Source: Clostridiales bacterium (GTDB lineage Bacteria > Bacillota > Clostridia > Christensenellales > SZUA-584). From it: a stretch of DNA of 43,301 nucleotides. How positions within the stretch are numbered: the stretch's first letter is position 1; each line of letters begins with the position of its first letter. The notes below the pieces were generated by a model. It saw only the letters and a list, made by a program, of their open reading frames with translations. It was not told the DNA's origin and searched no databases. Location: the NCBI GenBank assembly GCA_029265435.1, contig JAJUJH010000005.1:1-43301 (forward strand), in the 5' to 3' direction. The position numbers and the translations under genes were made by a program. Below, piece by piece: positions 11,299 through 21,163 of the stretch.

Positions 11299-12243
11299 AT
11301 GTTAGAAATTGAAAAGCCGAGCATACAGTGCGTTGAAAAGGCAAGCGATAATTCGTATGCGAAGTATGTGATGGAGCCGCTGGAGCGCGGTTTCGGCTCG
11401 ACGCTTGGAAATTCTTTGCGCCGTGTACTGCTTTCGTGTCTGCCCGGCGCCGCGGTAACGCGCGTCAAGATCGACAACGTGCTGCACGAGTTCTCCACGA
11501 TTAAGGGCGTCACTGAAGACGTTGTGAATATCGTGATGAACTTGAAGGGCCTTGCGGTCAAGATGTATGTGGATGAGCCAAAGACGCTCACGCTGGACGT
11601 AAAAGGGCCGAAGGACGTGACGGCGGCCGATATCATCACGGATGCCGACGTCGAGATTCTCAATCCGGAGATGCATATCGCGACGCTCGATAAGGACGGC
11701 AGCATCTATATGGAGATCACCGTCGAAAAGGGCCGCGGCTATGTGCTGGCCGATAAGAACAAACAAAACGACATGCCGATCGGCGTCATACCCGTCGATT
11801 CGCTGTTTACGCCCGTGAGGAAGGTCAATTTTACGGTGGAAAACACGCGTGTCGGCCAGATGACAGACTACGACAAGCTTTCGCTGGAGCTTTGGACAAA
11901 CGGCACGATTTCGCCGGACGAAGCGGTATCGCTTTCGGCAAAGATATTAAACGAGCATCTTGCTCAGTTTGTTGCGCTGACCGATCACGTCCAGAACGTC
12001 GAGATTATGGTGGAGCCTGAGGAAGACAAGAAGGAAAAGGTGCTTGAAATCACAATCGAAGAGCTTGATCTTTCCGTCCGCTCATACAACTGCTTAAAAC
12101 GCGCCGGCATCAATACGGTGGAAGAGCTGATTAAGCGCAACGAAGAAGAAATGATGAAGGTCAGGAATCTTGGGAGAAAATCACTTGAGGAGGTCGAGCA
12201 GAAGCTCGCCGCGCTCGGGCTTTCTCTCCGCCTGGACGACTAA
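11299..12243 (+). CDS. rpoA: RNA polymerase subunit alpha
   Basis: [21 protein letters not shown]; [14 protein letters not shown]; NLGRKSLEE. Confidence 0.99.
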   Translation: MLEIEKPSIQCVEKASDNSYAKYVMEPLERGFGSTLGNSLRRVLLSCLPGAAVTRVKIDNVLHEFSTIKGVTEDVVNIVMNLKGLAVKMYVDEPKTLTLDVKGPKDVTAADIITDADVEILNPEMHIATLDKDGSIYMEITVEKGRGYVLADKNKQNDMPIGVIPVDSLFTPVRKVNFTVENTRVGQMTDYDKLSLELWTNGTISPDEAVSLSAKILNEHLAQFVALTDHVQNVEIMVEPEEDKKEKVLEITIEELDLSVRSYNCLKRAGINTVEELIKRNEEEMMKVRNLGRKSLEEVEQKLAALGLSLRLDD

Positions 12244-12312
12244 ACAAAAAGACATTTTATGGCCGCATGGCATTTGTGATATGTCCGGCTTGCGGCAACG
12301 AGGAGGCTAATT

Positions 12313-12822
12313 ATGGCTGGATACAGACATCTTAATCAACAGCAGGATCAGAGACAGGCAACGCTTCGGAACCTGGTGACGAACCTGTTATGGTATGGCC
12401 GCATCGAAACAACGCTGGCCCGGGCAAAGGAAGCCAGGAGCATTGCGGAAAAGCTGATTACGATTGCGGTTAAGGAATACGATAATACCGTCAAAATTGT
12501 TAAAGAGGTTACGGAGGACGACGAAAAGGTCAAGCGTGAAGTGATCAACGACGCACCGTCGAAGCTGGTCGCGCGGCGCAAGCTGATGAGCTATTTGTAC
12601 AATGTGCCGGAGCCGAGAAAAGACGGCGAGACCAAGTACGATTATAAAAAGCGTGCCGGCGAAATCACCAATCCGCTTGTCGAGAAAATGTTCCGCGAAT
12701 ACGGCCCGAAGTACGACAAACGCGCCAAGGATCTGGGTACCGGCGGCGGTTATACGCGCATCATCAAAAAGGGTCCCCGCCGCGGCGACGCGACCGAGAT
12801 GGTCATACTCGAGCTGGTTTGA
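12313..12822 (+). CDS. rplQ: 50S ribosomal protein L17 (long form with internal insertions)
   Basis: GRIETTLARAKE...AEKLIT; GGYTRIIK.GPRRGDA; follows rpoA. Confidence 0.95.
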   Translation: MAGYRHLNQQQDQRQATLRNLVTNLLWYGRIETTLARAKEARSIAEKLITIAVKEYDNTVKIVKEVTEDDEKVKREVINDAPSKLVARRKLMSYLYNVPEPRKDGETKYDYKKRAGEITNPLVEKMFREYGPKYDKRAKDLGTGGGYTRIIKKGPRRGDATEMVILELV

Positions 12823-12871
12823 TGAGGCCCGTTTGGGCAGTACCGATTATAACCCCTTTATGGGGTATCGC

Positions 12872-12907
12872 AAAAAAAGGCTTTGAATTTTGTTTTCAGA
12901 GCCTTTT
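12872..12907 (+). terminator. Intrinsic terminator ending the ribosomal operon
   Basis: AAAAGGCTTTGAA-loop-TTCAGAGCCTTTT hairpin with T tail. Confidence 0.75.
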
Positions 12908-12917
12908 GGTGTATAAT
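12890..12917 (+). promoter_or_regulatory. Putative sigma-A promoter for the ecf-truA operon, overlapping the terminator
   Basis: TTGTTT-N16-TATAAT, 33 nt upstream of the ecfA1 ATG. Confidence 0.5.
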
Positions 12918-12950
12918 AAGGGCTATTAACAGGCAGAGGAAGATGAAAAA

Positions 12951-13781
12951 ATGGCCATAGTAGAGGTAAACGACATCTCGTATTCATACACGGGAGAGAT
13001 GAGCGTGACGCCCGCGCTCTCCGGCGTATCGCTGTCGGTCGAGAAAGGCGCGTTTGTGGCCGTCATCGGGCACAACGGGTCCGGGAAATCAACGTTTGCA
13101 CGGCATATCAACGCACTCTTTCTGCCCGTATCGGGCAAGGTATTGATCAACGGCATGGATACGCAGGATGAAGCAAAGGTGTGGGATATCCGCAAATGTG
13201 CGGGCATGGTGTTCCAGAATCCCGACAATCAGCTTGTCGCAACGATTGTTGAGGAGGATGTGGCGTTCGGGCCTGAAAACATCGGCGTACCGTCCGAGGA
13301 GATCCGCGCGCGTGTGGACGAGGCGCTTCAGCAGGTGAATATGATCGAATTCAAGGAACGTGCGCCGCATATGCTTTCGGGCGGACAAAAACAGCGTGTG
13401 GCCATCGCGGGAGTGCTTGCGATGCGGCCCGATATCATCGTATTCGATGAGCCGACAGCCATGCTTGACCCGGAAGGCCGGGCCGAGGTACTGGAAACGA
13501 TACGCAAGCTGAACGGCGAAGGGAAGACGATACTGCTGATCACGCATTACATGGAAGAAGCGCTGCTGGCGGATACCGTGGTGGTGATGACGGGAGGCCG
13601 TATCACAAAAACAGGCACGCCGCGCGAGGTGTTTGCGGACGAACAGGCGCTCAAAGATGCGGGGCTGTCCGCGCCGCCTCACATCGAGCTGTATCATCGT
13701 CTGAAAGCCAAAGGGGTGGAGCTTGGCGAATGTCCGCTCACAATTGAAGAACTGGTGGAAGAGATATGTCGATTGAGCTAG
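12951..13781 (+). CDS. ecfA1: ECF transporter ATPase A1
   Basis: GHNGSGKST; FQNPDNQ; LSGGQKQR; DEPT; canonical position after rplQ. Confidence 0.93.
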   Translation: MAIVEVNDISYSYTGEMSVTPALSGVSLSVEKGAFVAVIGHNGSGKSTFARHINALFLPVSGKVLINGMDTQDEAKVWDIRKCAGMVFQNPDNQLVATIVEEDVAFGPENIGVPSEEIRARVDEALQQVNMIEFKERAPHMLSGGQKQRVAIAGVLAMRPDIIVFDEPTAMLDPEGRAEVLETIRKLNGEGKTILLITHYMEEALLADTVVVMTGGRITKTGTPREVFADEQALKDAGLSAPPHIELYHRLKAKGVELGECPLTIEELVEEICRLS

Positions 13782-14641
13782 ATAATCTGACCTACACATA
13801 TATGCCGGGAACGCCGTTTGAAGCCAAAGCGGTGGACGGCGTGAGCCTGAAAATCGAGGACGGAGAGTTTCTCGGTGTGATCGGTCATACAGGATCCGGC
13901 AAAACCACAATGATCGCGCTGATGGCAGGGCTTTTGAAGCCCACATCGGGGCGTGTGCTGATAGACGGCAAAGATATCGCGGAGAAAGGCTTTGACCGAA
14001 AAGAACTGCGCCGTTCCGTGGGCGTGGTCTTTCAATATCCGGAGCACCAGCTCTTTGAAGAAACCGTTTATAAAGACATCGCGTTCGGCCCAATCAAAAC
14101 GGGCGTGCCCGAAGATGACATCGAGAGGCGCGTGAGGGATGCAATGGCGCTTATGGAGCTGGATTACGACGGCGTGAAGGATTTGTCTCCGTTTGAGCTT
14201 TCGGGCGGCCAGAAACGGCGCGTGGCGATTGCGGGCGTGCTTGCGGTGCGCCCCAGAGTGCTGATACTCGACGAACCCGTCGCGGGGCTTGATCCCAAAG
14301 GCAGAGCGCATCTGATGAACCTGATCACGCATCTCAATGCGGAGGGTGTCACAATCATCATGATCACGCATTCGATGGACGATCTTGCCGAATATGCCCG
14401 CCGCGTGGTGGTGCTGAACGGCGCAAAGCTGGTGATGGACGACACGCCCCAGCGCGTTTTCGTCAGAGAGAATGAGCTCAAGCAGATCGGCCTGGATATT
14501 CCCGAGGTGGCCGATATTGCTTCAAGGCTCCGCAAAAAAGGACGGAAGGTGGATGAAAGCGTGATACGGCTGGACGAGCTTGAAAAGGCGGTATTGCGTC
14601 TGGTGCGCGCAAAGGCCGGAAACGAGGCGTTCAATGATTAA
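13766..14641 (+). CDS. ecfA2: ECF transporter ATPase A2
   Basis: YMPGTPFE; GHTGSGKT; FQYPEHQLF; LSGGQKRR. Confidence 0.93.
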   Translation: MSIELDNLTYTYMPGTPFEAKAVDGVSLKIEDGEFLGVIGHTGSGKTTMIALMAGLLKPTSGRVLIDGKDIAEKGFDRKELRRSVGVVFQYPEHQLFEETVYKDIAFGPIKTGVPEDDIERRVRDAMALMELDYDGVKDLSPFELSGGQKRRVAIAGVLAVRPRVLILDEPVAGLDPKGRAHLMNLITHLNAEGVTIIMITHSMDDLAEYARRVVVLNGAKLVMDDTPQRVFVRENELKQIGLDIPEVADIASRLRKKGRKVDESVIRLDELEKAVLRLVRAKAGNEAFND

Positions 14642-15428
14642 GAACGTATCTTTCGGCCAGTATTTTCCCGGAAACTCGGTGATCCACCGTCTTGATCCGC
14701 GCATGAAGCTTGTGCTTGTGATTGCCGTTATCGTATTGATCTTTATGATGGATACGTTTATCGGCAATCTCGTCGTATTCGGATTCATCGTGTTTGTCGT
14801 GATACTGTCGCGCGTCAACGTCAGATTCGTGCTGCGCGGATTGAAGCCGCTATGGTTTATCATATTGCTGACATTTGTGCTCAACACGTTCTTTTACTCG
14901 GGAGGCAGGGAGCTTTTTTCCTGGTGGATATTCCGCGTGTCGGAAGAGGGGCTTACCAGCGCCGTCCGGCTTGCCGTTCGGCTCATATACCTGATTACGG
15001 CGACTACAATGCTGACGCTCACAACGTCGCCGATTGCGCTGACAGACGGTATAGAGAGCCTTATGAAGCCGCTGAAGGCGGTCCGGTTCCCCGTGCATGA
15101 GCTTGCAATGATGATGACGATCGCGATGCGGTTTATCCCTACGCTGATCGAGGAAACGGATAAAATCATGAAGGCGCAGACCGCGAGAGGCGCCGAATTT
15201 GATTCGGGCAGCGTGTTCAAAAGAGCCGCCGGCATGGTGCCTCTGCTGGTGCCGTTGTTTGTCAGTGCGTTCCGACGCGCGGACGAGCTTGCCTTCGCGA
15301 TGGAGTCGCGCTGCTATCACGGCGGAGAGGGACGCACGCGCATGAAAGTCATGCATATGCATTGGCGCGACGGCGCCGCAGCAGCAGTCGTGGCGGGGCT
15401 TATCGTGTTTGCGGCGTTCGGGTATTGA
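14634..15428 (+). CDS. ecfT: ECF transporter transmembrane component T
   Basis: ATG at 14634; HRLDPRMKL; RFIPTL; ARG and ESR motifs. Confidence 0.93.
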   Translation: MIKNVSFGQYFPGNSVIHRLDPRMKLVLVIAVIVLIFMMDTFIGNLVVFGFIVFVVILSRVNVRFVLRGLKPLWFIILLTFVLNTFFYSGGRELFSWWIFRVSEEGLTSAVRLAVRLIYLITATTMLTLTTSPIALTDGIESLMKPLKAVRFPVHELAMMMTIAMRFIPTLIEETDKIMKAQTARGAEFDSGSVFKRAAGMVPLLVPLFVSAFRRADELAFAMESRCYHGGEGRTRMKVMHMHWRDGAAAAVVAGLIVFAAFGY

Positions 15429-15432
15429 TTTT

Positions 15433-16179
15433 ATGAGAGTAAAGCTGACCGTAGAATATGACGGCACGAATTACGCGGGCTGGCAGAGCCAAACAAACGC
15501 GCTTTCCGTGCAGGATGTTCTGGAACGCGCGTTTGAAGCCGCGACGGGGGAACGCGTGCGCATACACGGGGCGGGGCGCACCGATGCGGGCGTTCACGCG
15601 CTGGCACAGACGGCGCATCTGGATACGCAGTGTTCCATACCGCCCGATAAGATCTGTTTTGCGATGAACACGCATTTGCCGCCCGATATCCGCGTCAAGC
15701 GCTCTGAGACTGCGGCGGACGGCTTTCATGCAAGGTTTTGCGCCAAAGCAAAGCACTACCGGTATACGATTTGCAACGCGGAGCATGCGCCGGCGGTCTT
15801 CCGCCATACGGCGGCGCATGTGCGCGGCACGCTCGATTTGGCGGCGATGCGCGAAGCGGCCGCGTATATCGTCGGTACGCACGATTTCAAGTGCTTCTGC
15901 GCGAGCGGCGGAGAGACAAAGGATACGGTGAGGACTGTATTCAGCCTTGATATTGAAAAGGACGGGCCGTATATATTGATGGACATCAAAGGCTCGGGCT
16001 TTTTGCATCATATGGTGCGGATTATTGCGGGTACGCTGATCGAGATCGGTCTGCACAAAAGACCGCCGGAAAGCGTGCGTGATATCATCAACAGCAAAGA
16101 CAGGGAACGGGCAGGCGTGACCGCGCCGGCCAAAGGCTTGATGCTGATAGCCGTGAGCTATCCGGACACGGCGCCGTAA
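15433..16179 (+). CDS. truA: tRNA pseudouridine(38-40) synthase
   Basis: YDGTNYAGWQ; AGRTDAGVHA; GFLHHMVR; TAPAKGL. Confidence 0.97.
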   Translation: MRVKLTVEYDGTNYAGWQSQTNALSVQDVLERAFEAATGERVRIHGAGRTDAGVHALAQTAHLDTQCSIPPDKICFAMNTHLPPDIRVKRSETAADGFHARFCAKAKHYRYTICNAEHAPAVFRHTAAHVRGTLDLAAMREAAAYIVGTHDFKCFCASGGETKDTVRTVFSLDIEKDGPYILMDIKGSGFLHHMVRIIAGTLIEIGLHKRPPESVRDIINSKDRERAGVTAPAKGLMLIAVSYPDTAP

Positions 16180-16219
16180 TCGTTTTGGGTGATGGTGAGT
16201 TTTTGAAGGGAGTCTTAAA

Positions 16220-17011
16220 TTGAAAAACTCAAAATGGCAGACATGCTTTTATTCGGCTGTGATCATACTCGGCGCAGCTGCAATCGGGTGGAGCGTGTTG
16301 GCGGCGATGTCGTCGGTGGGCTTCAGCATCGGCATGGCGATTCCTATAGCGGCCGGAATACTGCTCGTCTTCTGGGCCATATGGCATCTCAAATACCGAA
16401 AGCCGCTGATAAAGCCAAAATGGTTTCGGATTGCGGCGGTGTCCTGTGCGGGTATGGGCATGGCGGCGGTGATTGTGATCGAGTCGCTCATGACGGCCGC
16501 GGCGGCGGCAAAACCGGACAACGCGGCGGATACGGTCATCGTGCTTGGCTGCGGCATATTTGAGGACGGACGGCCCACGCTGTCGCTTCAAAACAGACTG
16601 GAGACCGCTTGCGCGTATCTCAAGGAGCATACAGGAGCCAGCGTCGTTGTGACGGGCGGAAAGGGCGATAACGAACCCGTTTCCGAGGCGGCGGCAATGC
16701 AGGCGTATCTTGTTTCACACGGCGTCGATCCGTCGAGAATCTATACGGAAGACAAATCCACGAGCACCGAAGAAAACATGAAATACGCGATGAGCATCGT
16801 GGACAATAACGGTTTGAGCAGGCATACGGCCATCGTGACAAGCGATTATCATATGCTTCGTGCGCTTTGGTGTGCACGCGAGCTGGGCTTTGACGCGTAC
16901 GGCCTTGCATCGCCGACGCCGTGGCGCGTATGGCTCTCGTGCCATGTACGTGAATGGCTTGCGATTATCAAAACGGCGCTGTTCCAAGACCTTGAAATAA
17001 GAATTGAATGA
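16220..17011 (+). CDS. YdcF/ElyC-like DUF218 membrane protein
   Basis: Three N-terminal TM segments; VLGCG...RL...VTGG...SEA...EDKSTSTEEN...VTSDYH..RA. Confidence 0.88.
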   Translation: MKNSKWQTCFYSAVIILGAAAIGWSVLAAMSSVGFSIGMAIPIAAGILLVFWAIWHLKYRKPLIKPKWFRIAAVSCAGMGMAAVIVIESLMTAAAAAKPDNAADTVIVLGCGIFEDGRPTLSLQNRLETACAYLKEHTGASVVVTGGKGDNEPVSEAAAMQAYLVSHGVDPSRIYTEDKSTSTEENMKYAMSIVDNNGLSRHTAIVTSDYHMLRALWCARELGFDAYGLASPTPWRVWLSCHVREWLAIIKTALFQDLEIRIE

Positions 17012-17060
17012 TTTGACGATATTTGAGTGCAAAATTGGCCGCCAGCACAATCAAAAAAGC

Positions 17061-17089
17061 TTCACAATTGCATGAAAATATAGTAAGAT
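17061..17089 (+). promoter_or_regulatory. Putative sigma-A promoter of the BMP ABC operon
   Basis: TTCACA-N17-TAAGAT. Confidence 0.45.
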
Positions 17090-17148
17090 AGCAACGTACA
17101 AAATTAGTCATACAATCAGATTTTTTTATTTAAATGAAGGAGGAACAT

Positions 17149-18459
17149 ATGAAAAAGAGTATCGCATTGGTTCTGGCCTTTGCCATGGTTCTCGCGTTCG
17201 CGCTCGTTGGGTGCGGCACGCCGCAGGCATCCGAGTCGGCTTCACCGTCTGAATCGGCACAGGCATCCGAGTCGGCACAGGCATCCGAATCAGCATCGGC
17301 TGAACCGGCAGCGGCGTCCGATGTGAAGATCGGCGTGATTTTGGTTCACGACGAAAACACGGGTTATGACTCCGCACACATCGAGGGCATCAAGAAAGCC
17401 GCTGCGGCGGTCGGGTTTACAGACGACCAGATCATCTGGAAGTACAACATACCCGAAGACGAAACCTGCTATGATACGGCGACCGACCTTGTGGAGCATG
17501 GCTGCAAATACATCTTCTCTGACAGCTACGGCCATCAGAGCCATATGCAGCAGGCCGCGGAAGAAAATCCGGACGTCACATTCGTGTCGATGACGGGCGA
17601 TCAGGCCGCGCTTTCCGGTCTTAAGAACTTCAAGAATGCATTCAATGATACATACCAGTCCCGTTATGTATCGGGCGTTGTGGCCGGCATGAAGCTCGCC
17701 GAGCTTGTGGCCGACGGCAAAGTGGCCCAGAAAAACATGGATAAAGACGGGAACATCAAGATCGGCTATGTCGGCGCATTCCCGTATGCGGAAGTTGTTT
17801 CGGGCTATACCGCCTTCTATCTTGGCGTGAAGTCCATCGTTCCGAACGTTGTGATGGACGTGCAGTACACCAACTCATGGTACGATCCGACGGCCGAAGC
17901 GGAAGCCGCCAACGCTCTCGTATCGTCCGGCTGCATCATCATCAGCCAGCATGCCGATTCTACGGGCGCTCCCTCTGCCTGCGAGGCGCTGCTTGAGGGC
18001 GGCACCACCGTTTACTGCGTGGGCTATAATGTGGATATGCTCTCCGTTGCGCCGAAGGCTGCGCTGACCAGCGCTCAGAACGATTGGAGCGTTTACTACA
18101 CATATGCGTTCAACTGCATCAAAAACGGTGAGGAAATCAAAACGGACTGGGCGGAAGGCTATAACCAAGGCGCCGTCATGATCTCCAAGCTTGGCGAAAG
18201 CTGTGCAAAAGGCACCGCCGAGAAGGTTCAGGAAGTTGAATCGGCTCTCAAAGACGGCACGCTCAACGTGTTCGATACGGCCAACTTCACAGTGGGCGGC
18301 AAGAAGGTCACCACTTATCTCGCAATCGATACCGACGGCGATTGGGTGGGCGATACCGGCGAAGCGATTGAGAACGGCGTGTTCAATGAATCGACGCTCC
18401 GCAGCGCTCCATATTTCGGTTTGCGCATCGACGGCATCACCGAGCTCAACGCCCAATAA
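17149..18459 (+). CDS. BMP-family ABC substrate-binding lipoprotein (nucleoside/purine-type)
   Basis: ATG at 17149 after AAGGAGG; lipobox LVGC; SRYVSGVVAG, IGYVGAFP, YTNSWYD, IISQHADS. Confidence 0.9.
   Translation: MKKSIALVLAFAMVLAFALVGCGTPQASESASPSESAQASESAQASESASAEPAAASDVKIGVILVHDENTGYDSAHIEGIKKAAAAVGFTDDQIIWKYNIPEDETCYDTATDLVEHGCKYIFSDSYGHQSHMQQAAEENPDVTFVSMTGDQAALSGLKNFKNAFNDTYQSRYVSGVVAGMKLAELVADGKVAQKNMDKDGNIKIGYVGAFPYAEVVSGYTAFYLGVKSIVPNVVMDVQYTNSWYDPTAEAEAANALVSSGCIIISQHADSTGAPSACEALLEGGTTVYCVGYNVDMLSVAPKAALTSAQNDWSVYYTYAFNCIKNGEEIKTDWAEGYNQGAVMISKLGESCAKGTAEKVQEVESALKDGTLNVFDTANFTVGGKKVTTYLAIDTDGDWVGDTGEAIENGVFNESTLRSAPYFGLRIDGITELNAQ
17224..17300 (+). repeat. Short imperfect tandem repeats (CAGGCATCCGAGTCGGCA-like, 18 nt) encoding a QASESA linker
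   Basis: Three near-identical CAGGCATCCGA(G/A)TC(G/A)GC units plus one diverged unit. Confidence 0.8.
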
Positions 18460-18478
18460 TCAATACTGTCAATGAAGG

Positions 18479-18506
18479 GAAAGAGCCACCTCAAAGTGGC
18501 TCTTTC
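18479..18506 (+). terminator. Intercistronic stem-loop (partial terminator or mRNA stabiliser)
   Basis: Perfect 11-bp stem GAAAGAGCCAC / GTGGCTCTTTC between the binding-protein and ATPase genes. Confidence 0.65.
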
Positions 18507-18532
18507 TATCACTTCCAAGGGGGTAATCCTGT

Positions 18533-20065
18533 ATGCGAAGCGCTCAGGCGGCTGTCCGCATGTGCGGCATAACCAAGACGTTCGGCTCTGTGGTTGCAAA
18601 TGACAAGATCGATCTTGAGATTTACCGGGGAGAAATCCTTGCCATGCTCGGAGAAAACGGAAGCGGCAAAACGACGCTGATGAACATGCTCTCCGGAATT
18701 TACTATCCCGACGGCGGGCACATTTTGGTTGACGGCCGCGAGGTTTCGATCCGCAGTCCAAAGGATGCCTACGACCTTGGCATCGGCATGATCCATCAGC
18801 ACTTCAAGCTTGTGGATGTGCTGACTGCAGCGGAAAACATCATACTGGGAATGGATGGGAAAATCCGTCTTGACCTTAAGAGCGTGGGTGAAAAGATTCG
18901 AAGCATATGCGGCATGTACGGCTTTGAGGTGGATCCGGAGCAGAAAGTCTATGATATGTCCGTATCCCAAAAACAAACGGTGGAAATCGTCAAGGTGCTG
19001 TACAGGGGCGCAGACATACTGATACTGGATGAGCCGACCGCCGTGCTGACGCCGCAGGAAACCGAAAAGCTTTTTGCGGTGATGCGCAACATGCGGGACG
19101 ACGGAAAAGCGATCGTGATCATCACGCACAAGCTTCATGAGGTTGAAGAAATATCGGACCGCGTGGTGGTGCTTCGCCGCGGCCAATATGCGGGCGGCAT
19201 GGCGACAAAGGACACAAATGCGGCGGAAATGACCAATATGATGGTGGGCCGCGCCGTATCCTTGAACATTGAAAGGCCGGAGCCCATAGACCCCAAACCG
19301 CGTGTGATCGTGGAGGGCCTGACCGTTCGGGATGCCGACGGGGTCACAAAGCTTTCGGATGTGTCTTTTACCGCTTATTCCGGAGAAATACTCGGTGTGG
19401 CGGGTATTTCCGGCTGTGGTCAGAAAGAGCTTCTCGAATCCATAGCGGGTTTGCAGCCGTCTGAATCGGGAAGCATTATCTATATCGATCCCAAAACCGG
19501 TGAAGAAATCCAGCTTCTCGGCAAGGATCCGCGCGAGATCCTTTCCATGGGCGTGATGCTGTCGTTTGTGCCCGAAGACAGGCTTGGCATGGGGCTTGTC
19601 GGCAGTATGGACTTGACCGACAACATGATGCTGCGTTCGTTCCGACATGGAAAATCCATATTTACAGACAGGAAAACGCCGCGCAGCCTGGCCGAACGCG
19701 TTGTGAACGATTTGGCCGTGATAACGCCGAGCCTTTCCACACCGGTCAGAAAGCTTTCGGGCGGAAACGTGCAGAAGGTTTTGGTCGGGCGCGAGATCTC
19801 GTCGTCGCCGACCGTTTTGATGACGGCATATGCCGTGCGCGGCCTCGATATCAATTCGTCTTACACCATTTATGACTTAATCAACCGGCAGAAGCAAAAT
19901 GGCGTCGCCGTCATTTTTGTGGGGGAAGATTTGGATGTTCTGCTGGAATACTGCGACCGCATTCTTGTGCTTTGCGGCGGGAAGGTCAGCGGCATCGTTC
20001 CGGGCAGAGGCGCCGATAAGAACCAGGTCGGCATGATGATGACCAAACTGGGAGGAGAAAAATGA
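18533..20065 (+). CDS. ABC transporter ATPase with two NBDs (CUT2/nucleoside type)
   Basis: GENGSGKT; ILDEPT; LSGGNVQK; 510 aa. Confidence 0.92.
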   Translation: MRSAQAAVRMCGITKTFGSVVANDKIDLEIYRGEILAMLGENGSGKTTLMNMLSGIYYPDGGHILVDGREVSIRSPKDAYDLGIGMIHQHFKLVDVLTAAENIILGMDGKIRLDLKSVGEKIRSICGMYGFEVDPEQKVYDMSVSQKQTVEIVKVLYRGADILILDEPTAVLTPQETEKLFAVMRNMRDDGKAIVIITHKLHEVEEISDRVVVLRRGQYAGGMATKDTNAAEMTNMMVGRAVSLNIERPEPIDPKPRVIVEGLTVRDADGVTKLSDVSFTAYSGEILGVAGISGCGQKELLESIAGLQPSESGSIIYIDPKTGEEIQLLGKDPREILSMGVMLSFVPEDRLGMGLVGSMDLTDNMMLRSFRHGKSIFTDRKTPRSLAERVVNDLAVITPSLSTPVRKLSGGNVQKVLVGREISSSPTVLMTAYAVRGLDINSSYTIYDLINRQKQNGVAVIFVGEDLDVLLEYCDRILVLCGGKVSGIVPGRGADKNQVGMMMTKLGGEK

Positions 20066-21162
20066 ACAAATCTGCTGTAAAGGTGCCATTGGTGCGCATC
20101 GTCAAGCGCGACACCATAGCGGTATGGCGCAGCTGGCTGGTACGTCTTATCGGCCTTGTGCTGGCGCTTGCCGTCAGCGCCATCGTAATATATGCCATCG
20201 TTCATATCAATCCCCTCAAGGTTTACAGCGCCATGTTTGAGGGAAATTTCGGTACCGAAAAGCGTTTTTGGGTCACGCTGCGCGATATGATGATGCTGCT
20301 TTGCATCGGCGTCGGCCTGGCGCCGGCTTTTAAAATGCGGTTTTGGAATATCGGCGCGGAGGGGCAGATACTTGTAGGCGGTATAGCCACCGCCGGCGTG
20401 ATGATTTATCTCGGCAAATCGCTGCCCACATGGGAACTGCTGCTTATTTCACTGGTTGCCAGCTGTGCGGCAGGCGCGCTGTGGGGCTTTATTCCCGCGC
20501 TGTTTAAGGCGCGCTACGGCACGAACGAAACGCTGTTTACGCTGATGATGAACTATGTCGCCATTCAGCTCACGTCGTATTTTGTCGCCGTATGGGAGAA
20601 TCCGTTCGGTTCCAACACCGTTGGAATCATCAACCAGCAGACAAAGGCCGGGTGGTTTCCGGCTGTGTTCGGCCAGCAGTATATGATGACGCTGATCATC
20701 GTGATGGTGTTGACGGCGCTGATGTTCATTTATCTGCGGTACTCCAAGCAGGGATATGAGATTGCGGTCGTGGGCGAATCGGAGCGAACCGCCCGGTATG
20801 TCGGCATCAACGTCAAAAGCGTTGTGATACGGACGATGATGATTTCCGGTGCGATATGCGGTCTGTCGGGTTATATCGCGGTAGCGGGCGCGTCCCATAC
20901 GATTTCAACGAGCACGGCGGGCGGAAACGGATTTACGGCCATAATTGTGGCATGGCTCGCAAAGTTCAACACATTTATGATGATATTTGTGGCCGCGCTG
21001 CTGGTGTTTCTTGAAAAAGGCGCGATACAAATCGCTTCCCAGTACAACCTAAACGATTTTGCCTCGAAAATGATTACGGGCATTATTCTGTTTTTCATAC
21101 TTGGAAGCGAGTTCTTTACAAATTACCGGTTGGTTTTCCGCAACAGAAAGGAGGCGCGCTGA
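20062..21162 (+). CDS. ABC transporter permease 1 (nucleoside type)
   Basis: FWNIGAEGQ; multiple TM segments; GFTAIIVAWLA. Confidence 0.9.
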   Translation: MNKSAVKVPLVRIVKRDTIAVWRSWLVRLIGLVLALAVSAIVIYAIVHINPLKVYSAMFEGNFGTEKRFWVTLRDMMMLLCIGVGLAPAFKMRFWNIGAEGQILVGGIATAGVMIYLGKSLPTWELLLISLVASCAAGALWGFIPALFKARYGTNETLFTLMMNYVAIQLTSYFVAVWENPFGSNTVGIINQQTKAGWFPAVFGQQYMMTLIIVMVLTALMFIYLRYSKQGYEIAVVGESERTARYVGINVKSVVIRTMMISGAICGLSGYIAVAGASHTISTSTAGGNGFTAIIVAWLAKFNTFMMIFVAALLVFLEKGAIQIASQYNLNDFASKMITGIILFFILGSEFFTNYRLVFRNRKEAR

Positions 21163-21163
21163 T

